From Psammoneis japonica (lineage: Eukaryota), in contig QPGO01000014.1 of assembly GCA_008632985.1 (NCBI GenBank), forward strand, positions 124,001-188,000: DNA of 64,000 bases, given 5' to 3'. Numbering within the stretch: the first letter of the stretch is position 1; every line of letters starts with the position of its first letter. The translations under genes and the position numbers were made by a program. Positions 1-12,861 of the stretch are shown one piece after another. A model generated the notes under the pieces. It made no database searches, had not been told where the DNA came from, and was given only the letters and a program-made list of their open reading frames with translations.

Positions 1-467
1 ATTCAACATCCCGTGCTTTCGACGATCAATAACTCGTAGATACCCCCCCCCAATTTTTGAGACCAAGATCCAACAGCACCAAAAAGTGATCAATAGGCCT
101 TGGTCTCTGAGTTCATAGGCAACACTGGGCATCCCAAAGAATCCAAAATCACTTGAAATCTTCAGGTAGACTACCGGTCTCGGTGCAGAAACGGAAAACC
201 ATGCTACTAAAGAAATATGCAGTAGATGCTGCATCGTCACGGAAGGCTGCTCGTCAAATGTTCTGAGCTCACCAATCCGATTCCGTTGTTGAGAAACCAC
301 AATGATGTCGCCACGTTTGTTGCATCTAGCCATGATTATTTCGTAAAGTTAGGAGTGTTACCTCCGCGCCTCATTAGGTTGCAGAGACGATGTCAACTGG
401 GTATGTCGTATTCACATATAATGGCCAACAAGATCATCCAAACCAGAACCCAACCAAAAAAGACATT

Positions 468-3400
468 CTAGCGTCTACCTGCCGGTCCACGCCTACTGGA
501 ACGGGCTCCTGATCGGTCTCCGTGTTGCTGTTGCTGACCAGAGGGCGCTTGCGAACCACGTTGAGATTGAAAGCTCCTATGCATCGGTGAGCCTCCACGC
601 CCGCGGCCATCCGCGCCCTCCCTTATTCCTTCCCGATCCATTCTAGGGCGCTTCGTGGAAGGCGGCGCCTCGCGTTCGTTGTTCCAGCCGTCGCCAGTGG
701 GATCAGACTCTCTAGCGGGGGATCTGCCTCTCTTCACTCCGGCTACAGCCTCACTCCGTTGCCAACGCCCTTCTAATCCAGCAGGTGCTCGTCCTCGCTG
801 AGGCCCAGGAGGCCCTCGGTCTCCTCTCCGGTCATCCTGCACTTGTTGGCGGTCTCTGTCGCCCTCAGTTGGCCTGCCACGTGGCTCTTCCCTTCCCCGG
901 CGGCCGGCGTCTCGTGACAAATCTGGATTACTCAATCGGTTGGGGGGCATGGTCACTCCTTTGGGTGGTTCGAAAACGGGGGCTCGAGGATTTAGAACCG
1001 GTGACTAAGATAAACCAAAGAAAGCGTTGGCGGTGTGAGCGACATCATCTTTCATGCACACATCTGCGCATGACCAAAACGGTTCAACATACCTGAACTC
1101 TGGAACCTCCTCCAACCCCTCGGGAAGGAGGTCGTCTCCTTGCGTCTCTTCTATCGTCCCTTCTGCCATCTCGTCGGTCATCCCTACCTCTCGTGTGGCT
1201 TTCTCCAATCTCTGCTGTGATATTCTCACTGTCCCGTTTCATTTCCGCCAACTGCTTCGCTGCTTTCTTCTTCCTTTCTGCAGTAGCTGCACGTTCTTTC
1301 TCTACTCTTGCTTTAGTCACGGAAGCATCCTCTTCCTTCCAAACACCGTCATCACGTGCCTTGGTGACTTGAAACCCGTAGGACTGTGCCATAGCCCTGA
1401 TGTCTTGAAGGGGGTTGCTTTCTTCCTGTAGGGGTACAAGGGAGTCCATAATCTTCTCTCCGAGGAAGGGACGGGTTGGGTACACATCCACGATTCGTGT
1501 AAGAACAATGAGGCAAGCGCGGTTATGCATGTATTCCGAAGACTTGAGGCAACCAAGCGCTGCCTGGCCAATCGTAGCATGCCATTTATTGTACAAGATC
1601 TTGAAGTCGTCGTGCGATGCAGCGATTGCTTCTTCCGCGTTCTCTCCGTCGGAAGACAAGACTGCTCTCTCAATAAATGTCCCCGGCTGTTGAACACCAT
1701 ATTTACCAATCATGGTGTAAGACGCAATGTCAGAGACACACGCCTTCGATAAAACAAAGCTTCAGAAGTTCACGTACCTTTCCTGCGACCTCGTCTTCAA
1801 AAGTGTCTTCGTCGTACCTCCAACGGCTAATTACTTTCCAGGTTTCCCAAAGTAGAATGGCCATGTTTGCAGCTTCACCTTCGGAAACGCAGTACAACGT
1901 TCCAGCTATCGCATCAATCAATCCATCAAGGTACTGGAGAGTGCCGAAACCAGGCACTTCCAATTCGTGGAGCACAAAGGCAAATCTGGCACAGTATAGG
2001 GCATCGTCCGGACTGAGATTGCACCTCGGATAGACACAATGCGTAAGAAACGCCATTGCCTTGGATCGAGACGGCCCATTTGGCGTGGCGTCGCCTTTAG
2101 GCGAAGCAAACAGTTGATCTTTCTTGGTGCTAACTTTATTCCGAACGGCCTCGCAGTGTTTTGTCTGCGTATCCAAGTCTGACGAGAGCGTGGCTGAGCA
2201 ATGTTGGACTCGTTCAAGCTCAACCTCGTCGGATTTGGTAAAAGCCATTGCACGCCTGATTTCGCTGTCCGTCGCGCCTGCCGATGCTGCGGTTGCCGCC
2301 AGTACTGATTTGTGTGCAGCAGCCCCGGCGCCTCCTTGCTGGTGTTGCTTCAAGCGATCCACCTCCTTAGACAATCTTGCAATCTCTGTCTCGTAGCATG
2401 TCTTTGGACAGTAAATGTCGTACATTGAGTGTGAAAAGAAAACATCAAACAGGAGCGGGGTCATGTCTGACCACGCGGAGTCGGGAAGAAACTTCTTCGT
2501 GACGGGCTCGGTGAAGCGGTACTTCCTCAGTGCCATATCCAGTTTGGTCAACTTGTTCCTGCCGGCTTTCTTGCTTGGATCATCCATAGACGCACGAATA
2601 AGAGGTCTACACAACATTGACAAGGATGCCGGATCTAGACCGTACTTCTCGTGTAGTTCCCCCGGGGTTGGCATGAATTCTGCGTACTTGGCAACGACTG
2701 TTTTGTCTGCCCCCTCCTTCTCTTCGTCTGTCGAATCCGTAAGGAATTCAAGCAAAAGCCCCATGACCACCTGGCATGTATCAAAGAGGTTGCCAAGTAG
2801 CTTGATGGGTTTAGAAGTCATTCCCGACTGTTGAAACAAATTCGGGATCGCACTTGAGCCAACAAGATCAGAATCGTAACGCCCATGCCATCCATTTGCA
2901 AAACAGAGCGTATCCGTTGAGATGACTTGACATTTAGCTTTTCCACAACCCCAAAAGCAAAGGTTTCTCGTTTCAACAATTGAGATCCCGATCGGCCCTC
3001 AAGCTGAACATTTGACAAGGATGCTGCAGTTGTGTAGTCAGCAAAGCCGTAGCCACCGGCAGTGGTTAGAAGCGACCGAAGAACACCAAGTTCTACAACA
3101 GAACCATCCTTGAGTCGACGAATGATAAAGCCCAAAATCCCGCGAAATTCTACTTCTGGAAACTTCTTGTACAGTTCACCGGCAAAGTTCTCCAACGATG
3201 CCAACCACTGCGACACATTGACGCCGTCACCTTTCAACGTATTTCGGTTCGCATCCTCGCTGCTTCCCGACGTTAAACGGGACAATACGCAATAACCCAA
3301 GACATCCAAACTCAGTGGCGTAACAAACCGCATGGTTTCCACCATCATTTCAATCAAATTGTCATAGCTCTCAATTTGATTCAAAATAGTGGTAAACACC

Positions 3401-5143
3401 ACAAGGGGGTTGGAGTGCGTCACCTTGGATATCTGTCGTCCCATGTCACGAACATTGTCCTTGGACAAGCGCTTGAGTGAGTATCGCGCCGCCTTTCCCG
3501 CCTCCATTTCGCTCCGAACAAAACAGTGAGCCTTGCTTCGTGACAGTAAGCCAGCCTTTTCCAATCCGCCGCCGAGCCAATCACGATACAACATGTACCG
3601 AGTGGAGTACGACAAGCGACTCAGCACCGACCACAGCTCCGCAGACAAGGCTGGATTCGGAGAAAAGAGGGAGAGGTTCGGCACCAAGAATGTGCTAAAG
3701 AGTTTGTAGGATGGGTCGTTTGGTGACAGGTCCGTCTCGTCGCTAGAGTCACCCTTGCCGAGGAGTACCCCAGCAACCGACAAAGCCGCGTATACAAGAT
3801 TGGATTGTTCTCAATGCATCCTGACTCTACAATGGCATCCAATGGTTCGATTACAGCATCGACGACTTCTTGAAACGAGGACGTATCAGGCAAGCTCGTA
3901 GATGGTGTTTCGTCTTCGCCATCCTCTTTCTCCATACTAGTAGCTTTGCCGTTCACTAGTGAAGGTAGAGGAACGACCTTTTCGTAAATGGGTCGAATAA
4001 AACTTTGGACGTATGCACACACAAAACTACCAACCATCCTTGGCAAAAGGGTGCAGACGTGAGAGAAAACAGTGGTGCTCTTGCCAAACAACTCCAAAGC
4101 ATGTGTCCAGTCCTGTCTTGACAAAAACTCGACTGCCAACTGATGCGGACATTGGTGAAATGCTGGCTCGTGCATGCTGCATGTTTTGCAACAATTCTTC
4201 CGTCTTGTTGTCCTTGCCCTTCCTCCCGAGAGGCGTACACGTCCCAATGACTGAATGTACTGTCGTTCGTTGGATTCAAACGTCTTGTGGGCGTCTTGAA
4301 TGTCAGAAATGGGTGGTAAATGAGGCACAAGAGATGCAGATCCAAGAGTCCATGTTGTGTAAGAAGGACAATTGTCTTGTAGAGAGTCGGAGGTACCGTT
4401 GTGCCGTAATTGGAGAGTTTGAATCCAATCAAGTGCGGAATCTTGGGCAAACAAAAGCCCTTGATGAGGTCTAGAAACGGCGTAGAGTCGTTCTTTTCAA
4501 TTCTTGATTCTAGAACATCCAGTATGAGATCCAAAACGCGGTTGGGATCCAATTCAAAAGCCACAATGCACTCGTTGACATCCATGGCAAGGTTCTTGCT
4601 GTCGGCCGAGCATGATGTCAATAGAAACAAGAGCTTGGCATAGCCTTCGGATTCTTCTTGAAGCAAATTGTATTTTTGCTGTCGATAGTACATGTCTGTA
4701 TTGAGCTTTCGCAAACGCTTCACCATATTTTCCTTGCCCGTGGTGAGCACCCCCGTCACCTCCAAGAGCGGTGGGTCCAACGTGGCTTGGAGCTTTTGTA
4801 CAAAGCGATTCTTCTTGTTGTCGGCATTGGCAACAAGATCCTTGACAATATGGACCAAAGCTTGATAGGACGGATCATTGTCTGGTGATACAAAGGATCC
4901 AACCAACCATAACGCATTCACCAAGGTCGCTTCCAAGTCGGCTTTAGCCCATGCTTGCACAAGTACACGTGAAGCTTCTTTGCTGCGTTTTTCTAGAGTT
5001 GTTTCGTTTTGCTGCTGTGACTCGTCTGAAACGTCATAATCTGTGCCGTACGCCAATGCTTGTAGTACGAGCGACTGGCATTGTTCCGACACAGCAGCTG
5101 CAGAGCAAATGTCATTGGAGGTAGGTAAGGATCGGGACGACAT
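468..5143 (-). CDS. THO2: THO complex subunit 2 (TREX mRNA export)
   Basis: Family motifs YRQQKYNLLQEESEGYAKL, FELDPNRVLDLILD, LKRLSKDNVR..R.ISKVTHSNP, QIESYDNLI and CVYPRC.LSP.DALYCARF. Introns at 1687-1777 and 1005-1092 (GTACGT/GTATGT..AG). The frame also jumps at ~4337, ~4220, ~4160, ~3770 and ~2842, mostly at homopolymers and probably through assembly errors. Confidence 0.93.
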
Positions 5144-5753
5144 TGCTAATGATGATGACAGCGCAATGCTCGTAATCGCGATAAGTCCGCAGAGTCTAAT
5201 CTCTCTCAAGCGCGTCAGAGAAAGCCCTTTGTAGTTTTCAACTAGTTGCCGCTTGAGTGTGAGGTATTGTACTGGAGTGGCAATCTAGAGGAATAGAGCA
5301 ACCTTTCTGCCGCTGCGGCAAGTTTCGCCATGGTGGATTTCTGCGGCGCGACGAGCGACGAACACTGACGCCTGACAGACGCAATGCCACAAGTTTGCTT
5401 GATTTGCCTTTTCTAAAGTTCCAGATTCCTCATTCTAAAACGGACCAAGACGGACTCCTGCGCCAACTTTGAAAAAGCGCGCGAAAATAATGAACTTGCG
5501 TTGAAGTTGGTCGTCGTCATTCGTCATGCTTCACAGAATCCAATGGGAAGTTTGCAAGATCGCAACAAGCAACCTTCTTATTTTCTCCGTGTTGGTTGTT
5601 GTACATAAGGATACCTATCACAAAGAGACAATAACAGATCCATAATACAAGTCTTTTGATCTGTTCTGAGCATCACTCATTTTCTCCGGTGTTTCGGTGT
5701 CAGAGATATCACAAAGACACAAACAGATCCAATTCAAGTTTTGATCGATTGCC

Positions 5754-8700
5754 ATGGTGGAGAACGAGAACAAGGACGTCCGAGTCTCGTTCCGAGGAGA
5801 TGTTGTGTTTGAGTCCCACCATGACGTTCCGTCGTTGCGTTCGAGCAGCGGCGATTCCACCACTAGTAGCAAAGATGGCTCTCAGCATCGGTATTCGAGA
5901 CTACGATCCGGTCTCACGAGGGAGCAAACCAATCGAGATCCGTTTTACTTTTACGAAGTCACCAAAGTGTTGGGAGCCGGATCCATGGGAGAGGTCAAGT
6001 TGGTCAAGAAGCGAGCCAACAAGGTGGGTGGGTCTGCTCGAAGAGATATTCAAGAAGCAGTAAAGAGGCAACAACGAGAAGAAGAATGTCTGAGTATCCC
6101 CGTGGTTGGAAACCTCTTTCAAGTCTGCATGGACGGTGATCTCAAGGATGCCGATTACGACCTAAGTCGCCATTCGATTAGCAGCTTTTTTGGTGGAAAG
6201 GAAGACGCCGTTACAATTTCAACTTCCAGGAGCTTTGGTGATGCTTCTTCTCACGATGGAAGTTACTTGTCGACAGGCTCCGAGAGTGAAATCATCTACG
6301 CCATGAAGTCCATCCACTTACAGCAAGTCACGAGGCAAGAGTTTATTGATGAGCTCCGGAACGAAATTGCCATTCTCAAGGACTTGGACCATCCACACAT
6401 TGTGCGAGCGATTGAAACCTTTGAATTCAAAAAGGAGATTTCCATCGTGATGGAGTTGTGTTCGGGAGGTGATTTGTACTCTCGTGACCCGTATCGTGAG
6501 ACAGAAGCGGCTCGCATTGTTGGTTCTATTCTCAGCGCGATTGCTTATATGCATAAGAGAAGTATTGTGCACCGGGATTTAAAATTTGAGAACGTCCTTT
6601 TTGCCAACACATCTCCGCTATCCGATGTGAAGCTAATTGATTTCGGTCTAAGCAAAGTCTATGTGAATACAAAGCTGACTGACATTACGGGGACCATCTA
6701 CACCATGGCGCCCGAGGTGATACTGGGAAACCATTCCGAAAAAGCAGACATGTGGTCGATTGGTAAGTTTGTATGCTGGTATGCGCAGCTTGTCTCTTTT
6801 TTCTGTGCTTCTGTCCTAACCTTTTTGCCTTTTGATTAGGTGTGATTGCTTTTATGCTCCTTTCTTCTTCACTTCCGTTTTTCGGAAAGAATCGAATGAA
6901 GGTCGTAAAAAAGATTCTCAACAACGACTATGCTTTTGTTGGAAAAGGATGGAAGTACGTGTCACAGGAGGCAAAGCAATTCATCCAAGATCTCCTCGTC
7001 TCGGACCCCGACCAACGTCTGGATGCCGAAAGTGCCTTGGCGTCTGCTTGGTTAAAGGAAAAATACACGCAAACGGCACTCGCGGCAGAAGAAGAAATGG
7101 CTCGATCAACCCTTCTGAACTATGCGGGCTACCCCAAGCTCAAGAAAATGGTAAGAAGGAAAAGGGGGGAAACTTGATAGGGGAAACTTGATATGGGTGT
7201 TTGGTCCCTTACCCTTGCGTGTATTTTTCGTGGAATCTAGGCGCTCATGGTCATTGCTCACAAGTCAAGCAGCGAAGAGATTGGCGTCTTGCGTAAAGTG
7301 TTCAAAAAGTACGATTCTCGTAACGACGGATCAATCTGGTTTGACGAGTTTTGCGATGTCATGGCAGGCTCTGGTCATTCAGAGGAAGACGTGCGGTCCA
7401 TCTTTGACGCGCTGGTGAGTACGATGTTCCGCGACTTTTGCTCTAGAGGATAGCATTGGATTGATACTGACTCCCCCCCCCTCTCGGTTTCGTTTCAGGA
7501 CTTGGATGGCAGTGACAGAATCCGATACACTGAGTTCATTGCCGCCACAATCGAGGCACACGGCGCAATTAGCGAGGCGCGTTTGGCAGAAGCCTTTGAT
7601 CACCTGGATTGTGACGATTCAGGATTCATCACTGCGGAGAATATGTCTGAAATACTTGGCGAAAACGTACCTATGGATGAAGTCGATGCAATCATTGCAG
7701 AAGCAGACTTGTCCGATGCCAATGGCGTCTCCTACAGCGACTTTTTGTCATTGTGGGAAGACAAGCCAGAGATTGACAAAGACGTAAAGATTCACCAGAC
7801 GTTGAGGGAATTGTCCAGTATAAGTGCCGAATCTGACAGCTCCTCGAAAACTGAAGAAACCGACGCTCATGCCGGATTTCTCATGGAGAAGCACCTCCAA
7901 AATACGCTGCACACGTGGAGTCAAGAAATGCAGCTTCCGGCTCAAGAGTTCGCCATGGGATGCAGTTTCTTGCATCAAGTGGCACTGGGAAATCAGTCCG
8001 ATGTGGAGAACATGATGGCAGAACGGCCTACGCTTGCAAACTTTCGAGATTATGACAGAAGAACGGGTCTCCACATTGCGGCTGCGGAGGGACACGTCGG
8101 TGTCTGCCAATATTTGATCAAGAAGGGTGCCCGAGTTAACCGTAGTGACCGTTGGGGAGGCTTCCCGCTGGACGACGCCCACAGGCACCGCCACTCGGAT
8201 GTAGTTAATCTTTTGCGTGAGCACGGAGCCAAATTTGGAAGCACTTCGCAGACCGTCAACCTCATCACCGCTGCTTCGGAAGGTAACGTAGAGGAAGTGA
8301 GGACGCTTTTGGAGTTCGGAAGCATCGATATGAATCAAGGTGACTATGACCACCGTACCGCTCTTCATCTGGCAGCAAACGAAGGACATCTGGAAGTTGT
8401 GAAACTCCTGTTCAAGGCAGGTGCGGATGTCAACGTCAAAGATCGGTGGGGCGATCGACCTCTAGATGACGCAAGAAAGGCAAAGAAAAACTCTGCCGAA
8501 ATTAGGAAAGTTTTGAGTGGAGCCGTTTCCGTTTCCGTTTCCTCCACCGATCAACAAGCGGCGCGAATGCATGATTTGAAGGATCAGTCCGCCCAGCAAA
8601 CAACGGTTACAAAGCCAGACGACGATGCTGGAATGACGCAGCTCCCTGCCCCAGATTTTGCCATGGGATGCAGCGTCCTCCACCAAGCCGCTTTAGGGAA

Positions 8701-9289
8701 CCAGCTCATCCTGGAAAAAACAATTCAGGAACGGCCAGAGCTGGTGAACTTTCGTGATTACGACCGTCGAACGGCATGTCACATTGCAGCTTCGGAAGGC
8801 CACGTTGAAATTTGCCGATATTTAGTCTCGAAAGGAGCCAAGATCAACCGAAGCGATCGGTGGGGAGGGTCGCCTTTAGACGATGCCCATCGGCACCGTC
8901 ATGCAGACGTGGTCAAGTTTTTACGAGAACAAGGAGCCAAGTTCGGGAGCACCTCACAGCTGACGAATTTTATCACGGCTGCGTCAGGAGGCGATAGGGA
9001 GGAAGTGCAGGCCTTCCTTGACTATGGAACCGTCGATGTAAATCAAGGCGACTATGACAAGCGGACAGCTTGTCATCTAGCGGCCGGCGAAGGTCGTCTG
9101 GAGATCGTCACTATGCTTTGTGAGGCGGGGGCGGATGTAAACGTAAAGGATAGGTGGGGACATCGTCCTCTGGATGATGCCAGAAACGCAAAAGAGAATT
9201 CCGCTGAAATTATGAAGGTTCTGATGAAGCACGGGGCGAAGTCCACTTCAATTCCGACCATGATTAGGACAGCATTTTTGAAGGTCTAA
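5754..9289 (+). CDS. Calcium-dependent protein kinase (kinase + EF hands) with C-terminal duplicated ankyrin-repeat module
   Basis: Kinase motifs LGAGSMGEV, HRDLKFEN, DFG and APE. EF hands DSRNDGSI, DLDGSDRI, DCDDSGFI and DLSDANGV. Ankyrin repeats DYDRRT.LH.AA.EGH / DRWG..PLDDA. Introns 6763-6839, 7151-7240 and 7415-7498 restore the frame. Confidence 0.9.
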
Positions 9290-9599
9290 ATCACGGCTCT
9301 GTCCGTTACATTTTAGTTAAACATGCATAGTATTCAATTTTGGCATCAGGTGAAGTCGTGGTGTGGATTACCCTCGTCTCTATCACTCTCGAACGAACTA
9401 TTCAATCGAGTTAGCCGTCACATGTCACTAGCAGAGAATCTAGAGTAGCTAAGATCTAGAGCCACTCTCTCTAGAGGAGGATCTTTATCCAAACTATAGA
9501 TGCAGGTGGGCAAAATGGCTTTGGCCGAAGTGGCAAATCTCAGGTCGTCGTCTCTCTCTAACTTGCTCTCTCCCTCCAAGGCCACCGTGCTTATAATCC

Positions 9600-10525
9600 C
9601 ATGATTTGATGTGCGAAGGCATCAGTGAGAAAGCAGTGTGGGTTTCCATCCAATGGCAACTCATGTCACACGCTTTAGTTTTTTCCATGGCATTTGTCAG
9701 CCCTGTGAGTGACAGTGATGGGTGTGAAATGTCAGACTTGCACAAAAGTGGACAAAAACAATTGAACTCAAAACATGCAGTTCGTGAGTTCAATTCATTG
9801 GACACTGTTGTCGGCTCTTGTCAATTGTGACACTGGGTCTTGTGATTGGAAAGAGACCCATGTGTCTGGACAAAGCATGAAGGCAGAACCCACTCCCACG
9901 CCTTCTTTCACAACACAGAAGACACAGAAAATGACCAGGGCAACACTTCCCCCATTGGTCCTTGTGCACAAGAAACCAACACCAAGCTGCTGCCGCCAAG
10001 GATGTTGCCATGTTCTTGGTGCCTGCCTTTTCTGATGTGCTCCAGCTGTCTGTGATCTCTCTGTGCCTTGGACGAGAGAAGCCCCCTGCAAGCACCCACC
10101 TCCCAGAGACAATCCATTTGCTGTGTGTGTGACACACTTCGTTTTGTGTGCGTGGCAGAAAAACAACATCATGTTCTGTGACAGCCTGGGAACGGGGGTG
10201 CGGCACCACAAGAGAAGCCGTGCACAAGAAGCCGTGCAGCGGATCATGAAAGCCCCTCAATCTGCAAAATTATGACCCATTTGTATGATTGTTGACATTG
10301 TGCAGTCTCAGTCACGTTGTCAGCACTCTCAGAATGGCATTCTTTTGCAGCAGTGCAGCTGCCGCTGTGAGATGTTGTTTTTCTTGAGCCAAAAGAAGGT
10401 TGCGGCGCCGCCCCCCCCCCCCCCAGCAAGCCATGGTGGTGGTCAATCTCCAACTGTGGAGAGAAGTGGTTGCCCTGCTCATCCTCTCAATGCCACTGTC
10501 CCAGTTGCCACAGTTGCTTCTCAAG
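9600..10525. mobile_element. Degenerate repeat island, TpA- and CpG-depleted, probably a TE relic
   Basis: About 3 TA in ~920 bp, with a TG/CA excess and overlapping Cys/His-rich junk ORFs. No family identified. Confidence 0.6.
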
Positions 10526-10807
10526 TAGCCACTCTAGAGAAGGAGCACATGATGTAGCTAGCTAGCACAGTGGCTGCCGTTGCTTTGGTCCTCGCCACGC
10601 ACCACGTCACTGCCATCTGACGTCAGACAGAAACTTTATAAAGCTTTATTCGGAGACGAATGTAAAATTTATCTTGTCAATTTTTCTTCGATTTTCTGCT
10701 CACTTTTTCAGCCGCAGCTAACTCAGACGCAATCCACAACCGTGCAACGGATTGTATCCAAAGTTTAGACTCCTTCTGTTGTGTCAGTAACATCGACGGC
10801 TTGCAAG

Positions 10808-11827
10808 ATGAAACTACAACCAGATTTATCCGTGTTCCTGTGCCTTGTTGGTACCCTCTCGTGGAAGGTGAGATTCTGTCAAGCGTTCACGCCATCTCTT
10901 GGTCGTTCTCCTCATCATGCCGTTCTCTCCCATAGAGCGCCCGGCACTCGTCTCCACAGCATGCTACTCATTGTGGAAGAGTTTGATGAGGACGAGGGAG
11001 AAAATGGTGATGTGGGACCTGATAGCAAAACCGAAAGCGATAAGAACCGAGACATCAGCATGGGCAACAACGACGTTCTACAACCGCAGATTCATTTCAT
11101 CATCCAAGGGAATGGCGATGTTGGCGGCGAAAACGCTTCTTCGTCGTCCTTGGCTTCTTTAATTGCCGACTGGAAGGAGCAGCTAAGTGTCACCCCGGCT
11201 CCTCCTCTGACCACCATGGGGCGAGCTAGACTCGAGAAGGAAATTGCCCTGCTGGAACTGCTAGAGTACGGCGATGAAGCCGCGAGCAAGTTGTCGGCCC
11301 AGTGGCGCAATGCCCGTGGTCCCGCTCCTGCTCAGGTACTGGACGTGGCCGACAGCCTTATGAAGCAGGGGCATCCCATTGCTTGGAGTCAGGCTGAAGC
11401 TATGCTGCTGCAGTTAATCAAAGAACAAGGGGTTCATTGGGTCGCGCCAATCAATTCTTTGGCCACGTTGAAGTACCTGCAGGGAAGAACGGAAGAAAGC
11501 AAAGAGTTGTATGAAGTGGTCTTGTCGCAAAAGCCATGGCACATGGGCGCGTTGGCAGGAATTCATGACACTTGCAAGGCGTTAGATGATTACAAGGGGC
11601 TGGTAACGTGGGATCGAGAACGAATGCCCTCGCTACAAGACGAAAAGGATTACCCCTCACGACGAGGCATGAGGGCAGAATGGACGCAGAGAATGGTCGA
11701 AAAGGCCAAAGCAGCTCTACGACAAGCCGAAGAAGGTTTGCAAGGCTATTTCCATGACACGTACAACACCTTTGGATCCGAAGGAAGTATTCTTACAGAG
11801 ACGGATCACAGCGATGCGTGGCAATGA
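10808..11827 (+). CDS. TPR-like protein, probably plastid-targeted
   Basis: Signal peptide ending CQA-FTP (ASAFAP-like). TPR-like helices (INSLATLKYLQGRTEESKELYEVVLSQKPWHMGALAG). Confidence 0.75.
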   Translation: MKLQPDLSVFLCLVGTLSWKVRFCQAFTPSLGRSPHHAVLSHRAPGTRLHSMLLIVEEFDEDEGENGDVGPDSKTESDKNRDISMGNNDVLQPQIHFIIQGNGDVGGENASSSSLASLIADWKEQLSVTPAPPLTTMGRARLEKEIALLELLEYGDEAASKLSAQWRNARGPAPAQVLDVADSLMKQGHPIAWSQAEAMLLQLIKEQGVHWVAPINSLATLKYLQGRTEESKELYEVVLSQKPWHMGALAGIHDTCKALDDYKGLVTWDRERMPSLQDEKDYPSRRGMRAEWTQRMVEKAKAALRQAEEGLQGYFHDTYNTFGSEGSILTETDHSDAWQ

Positions 11828-11982
11828 CATTATATTAGCTACAGTTTAGGAGGCGTAATTGAACTAAACAGAGCTATTTACCCTGTACCGATGCCGTTCT
11901 GAGTAAATCTACGACAATGTTATTCCCATATTTTTGTAGAATCAAGTAAGTGGTTTAATTCAAGTGCCTCCCAACTTGTTCT

Positions 11983-12501
11983 TTATTCTTGTTTCCCGAA
12001 GAAAGAAACGAAATACGAGTACACCAAAAGAGCGATTAAGGTGAGAGTCGGAACATCGACGCGACCTGTGGTTGACGAGCCAGACCAATCACCGTAAAAG
12101 AATTGACATCCTCCCGACCCCACTTTGGAAATGTTCGACCAACACCTGTCTTGACAAGATCCTTCAAAACCTTGTTCACTTGAATCAGAAAATCTTGATG
12201 TGGTGCAGTTCATATCGTTAAAAACGCCTACGCGTGCCATGCTTGTGGCTTTGTCCATTTCGACAATCACCCATGCAAACAGTCCATTTGGCTTTATAAA
12301 GCATTTGTACATGGGCGTACATTGGTTTTCGAAAAAGGAAGAGCATTGAAGGGGACACGCCGAAAGGTTTCCTGGACAACCACAAAGTGAAATAGAGTTG
12401 GGTGGAGGCGGGGTTGCTGCTTGACTCTGTGTCAGAAATGAGATCAGAACAAGAGTTATCACGAGCACCACGATTGCCGCCATTCTTTGCTTTTTTGACA
12501 T
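11983..12501 (-). CDS. Small Cys-rich cell-surface protein (signal peptide, C-terminal TM or GPI anchor)
   Basis: MSKKQRMAAIVVLVITLVLISFLTQSQA signal, spaced Cys residues, hydrophobic C-terminus. Confidence 0.7.
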   Translation of the reverse strand: MSKKQRMAAIVVLVITLVLISFLTQSQAATPPPPNSISLCGCPGNLSACPLQCSSFFENQCTPMYKCFIKPNGLFAWVIVEMDKATSMARVGVFNDMNCTTSRFSDSSEQGFEGSCQDRCWSNISKVGSGGCQFFYGDWSGSSTTGRVDVPTLTLIALLVYSYFVSFFGKQE

Positions 12502-12861
12502 GCCGAGTCGTTTGCAATGTGATCCTACAAAAAGGCCAAAGGCGTATGAAACTACGCAATAAAGTGGTGTTTGCTTCGCTTGCGTCTTTGACAGCGATCT
12601 TGTTTTGTGGGACTGCAAAAGTGGTCAGTCGCGATGATCGCGAGGTGCAACGCGAATTCTCATCGGTTCTTGCGGTTCGCGTTCCTCTTTTTGGTGAGCT
12701 CGAGTTTTGATGCAATTTTCGGAAGCTTGGAGCTCGCTCGTGGTTTGAGTGTGAGTCTGTCCGTTGACCTATGAGAAACTTCGTCACCAATTTTCATTGA
12801 CCATGATGCTGATGTCGTCGTTGTCTCTTCGGCTCATAGTTCACACACTAGTTCCAATGTC

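Noticed and set aside
2818..4454. Multiple frameshifts in THO2 suggesting a pseudogene or programmed frameshifting
   Set aside because: Most are single-base losses in short homopolymers (CTG[G]CA, CTGGGG[G]TA, ATTT[T]G) in an essential, otherwise intact gene. This is typical of long-read assembly error.
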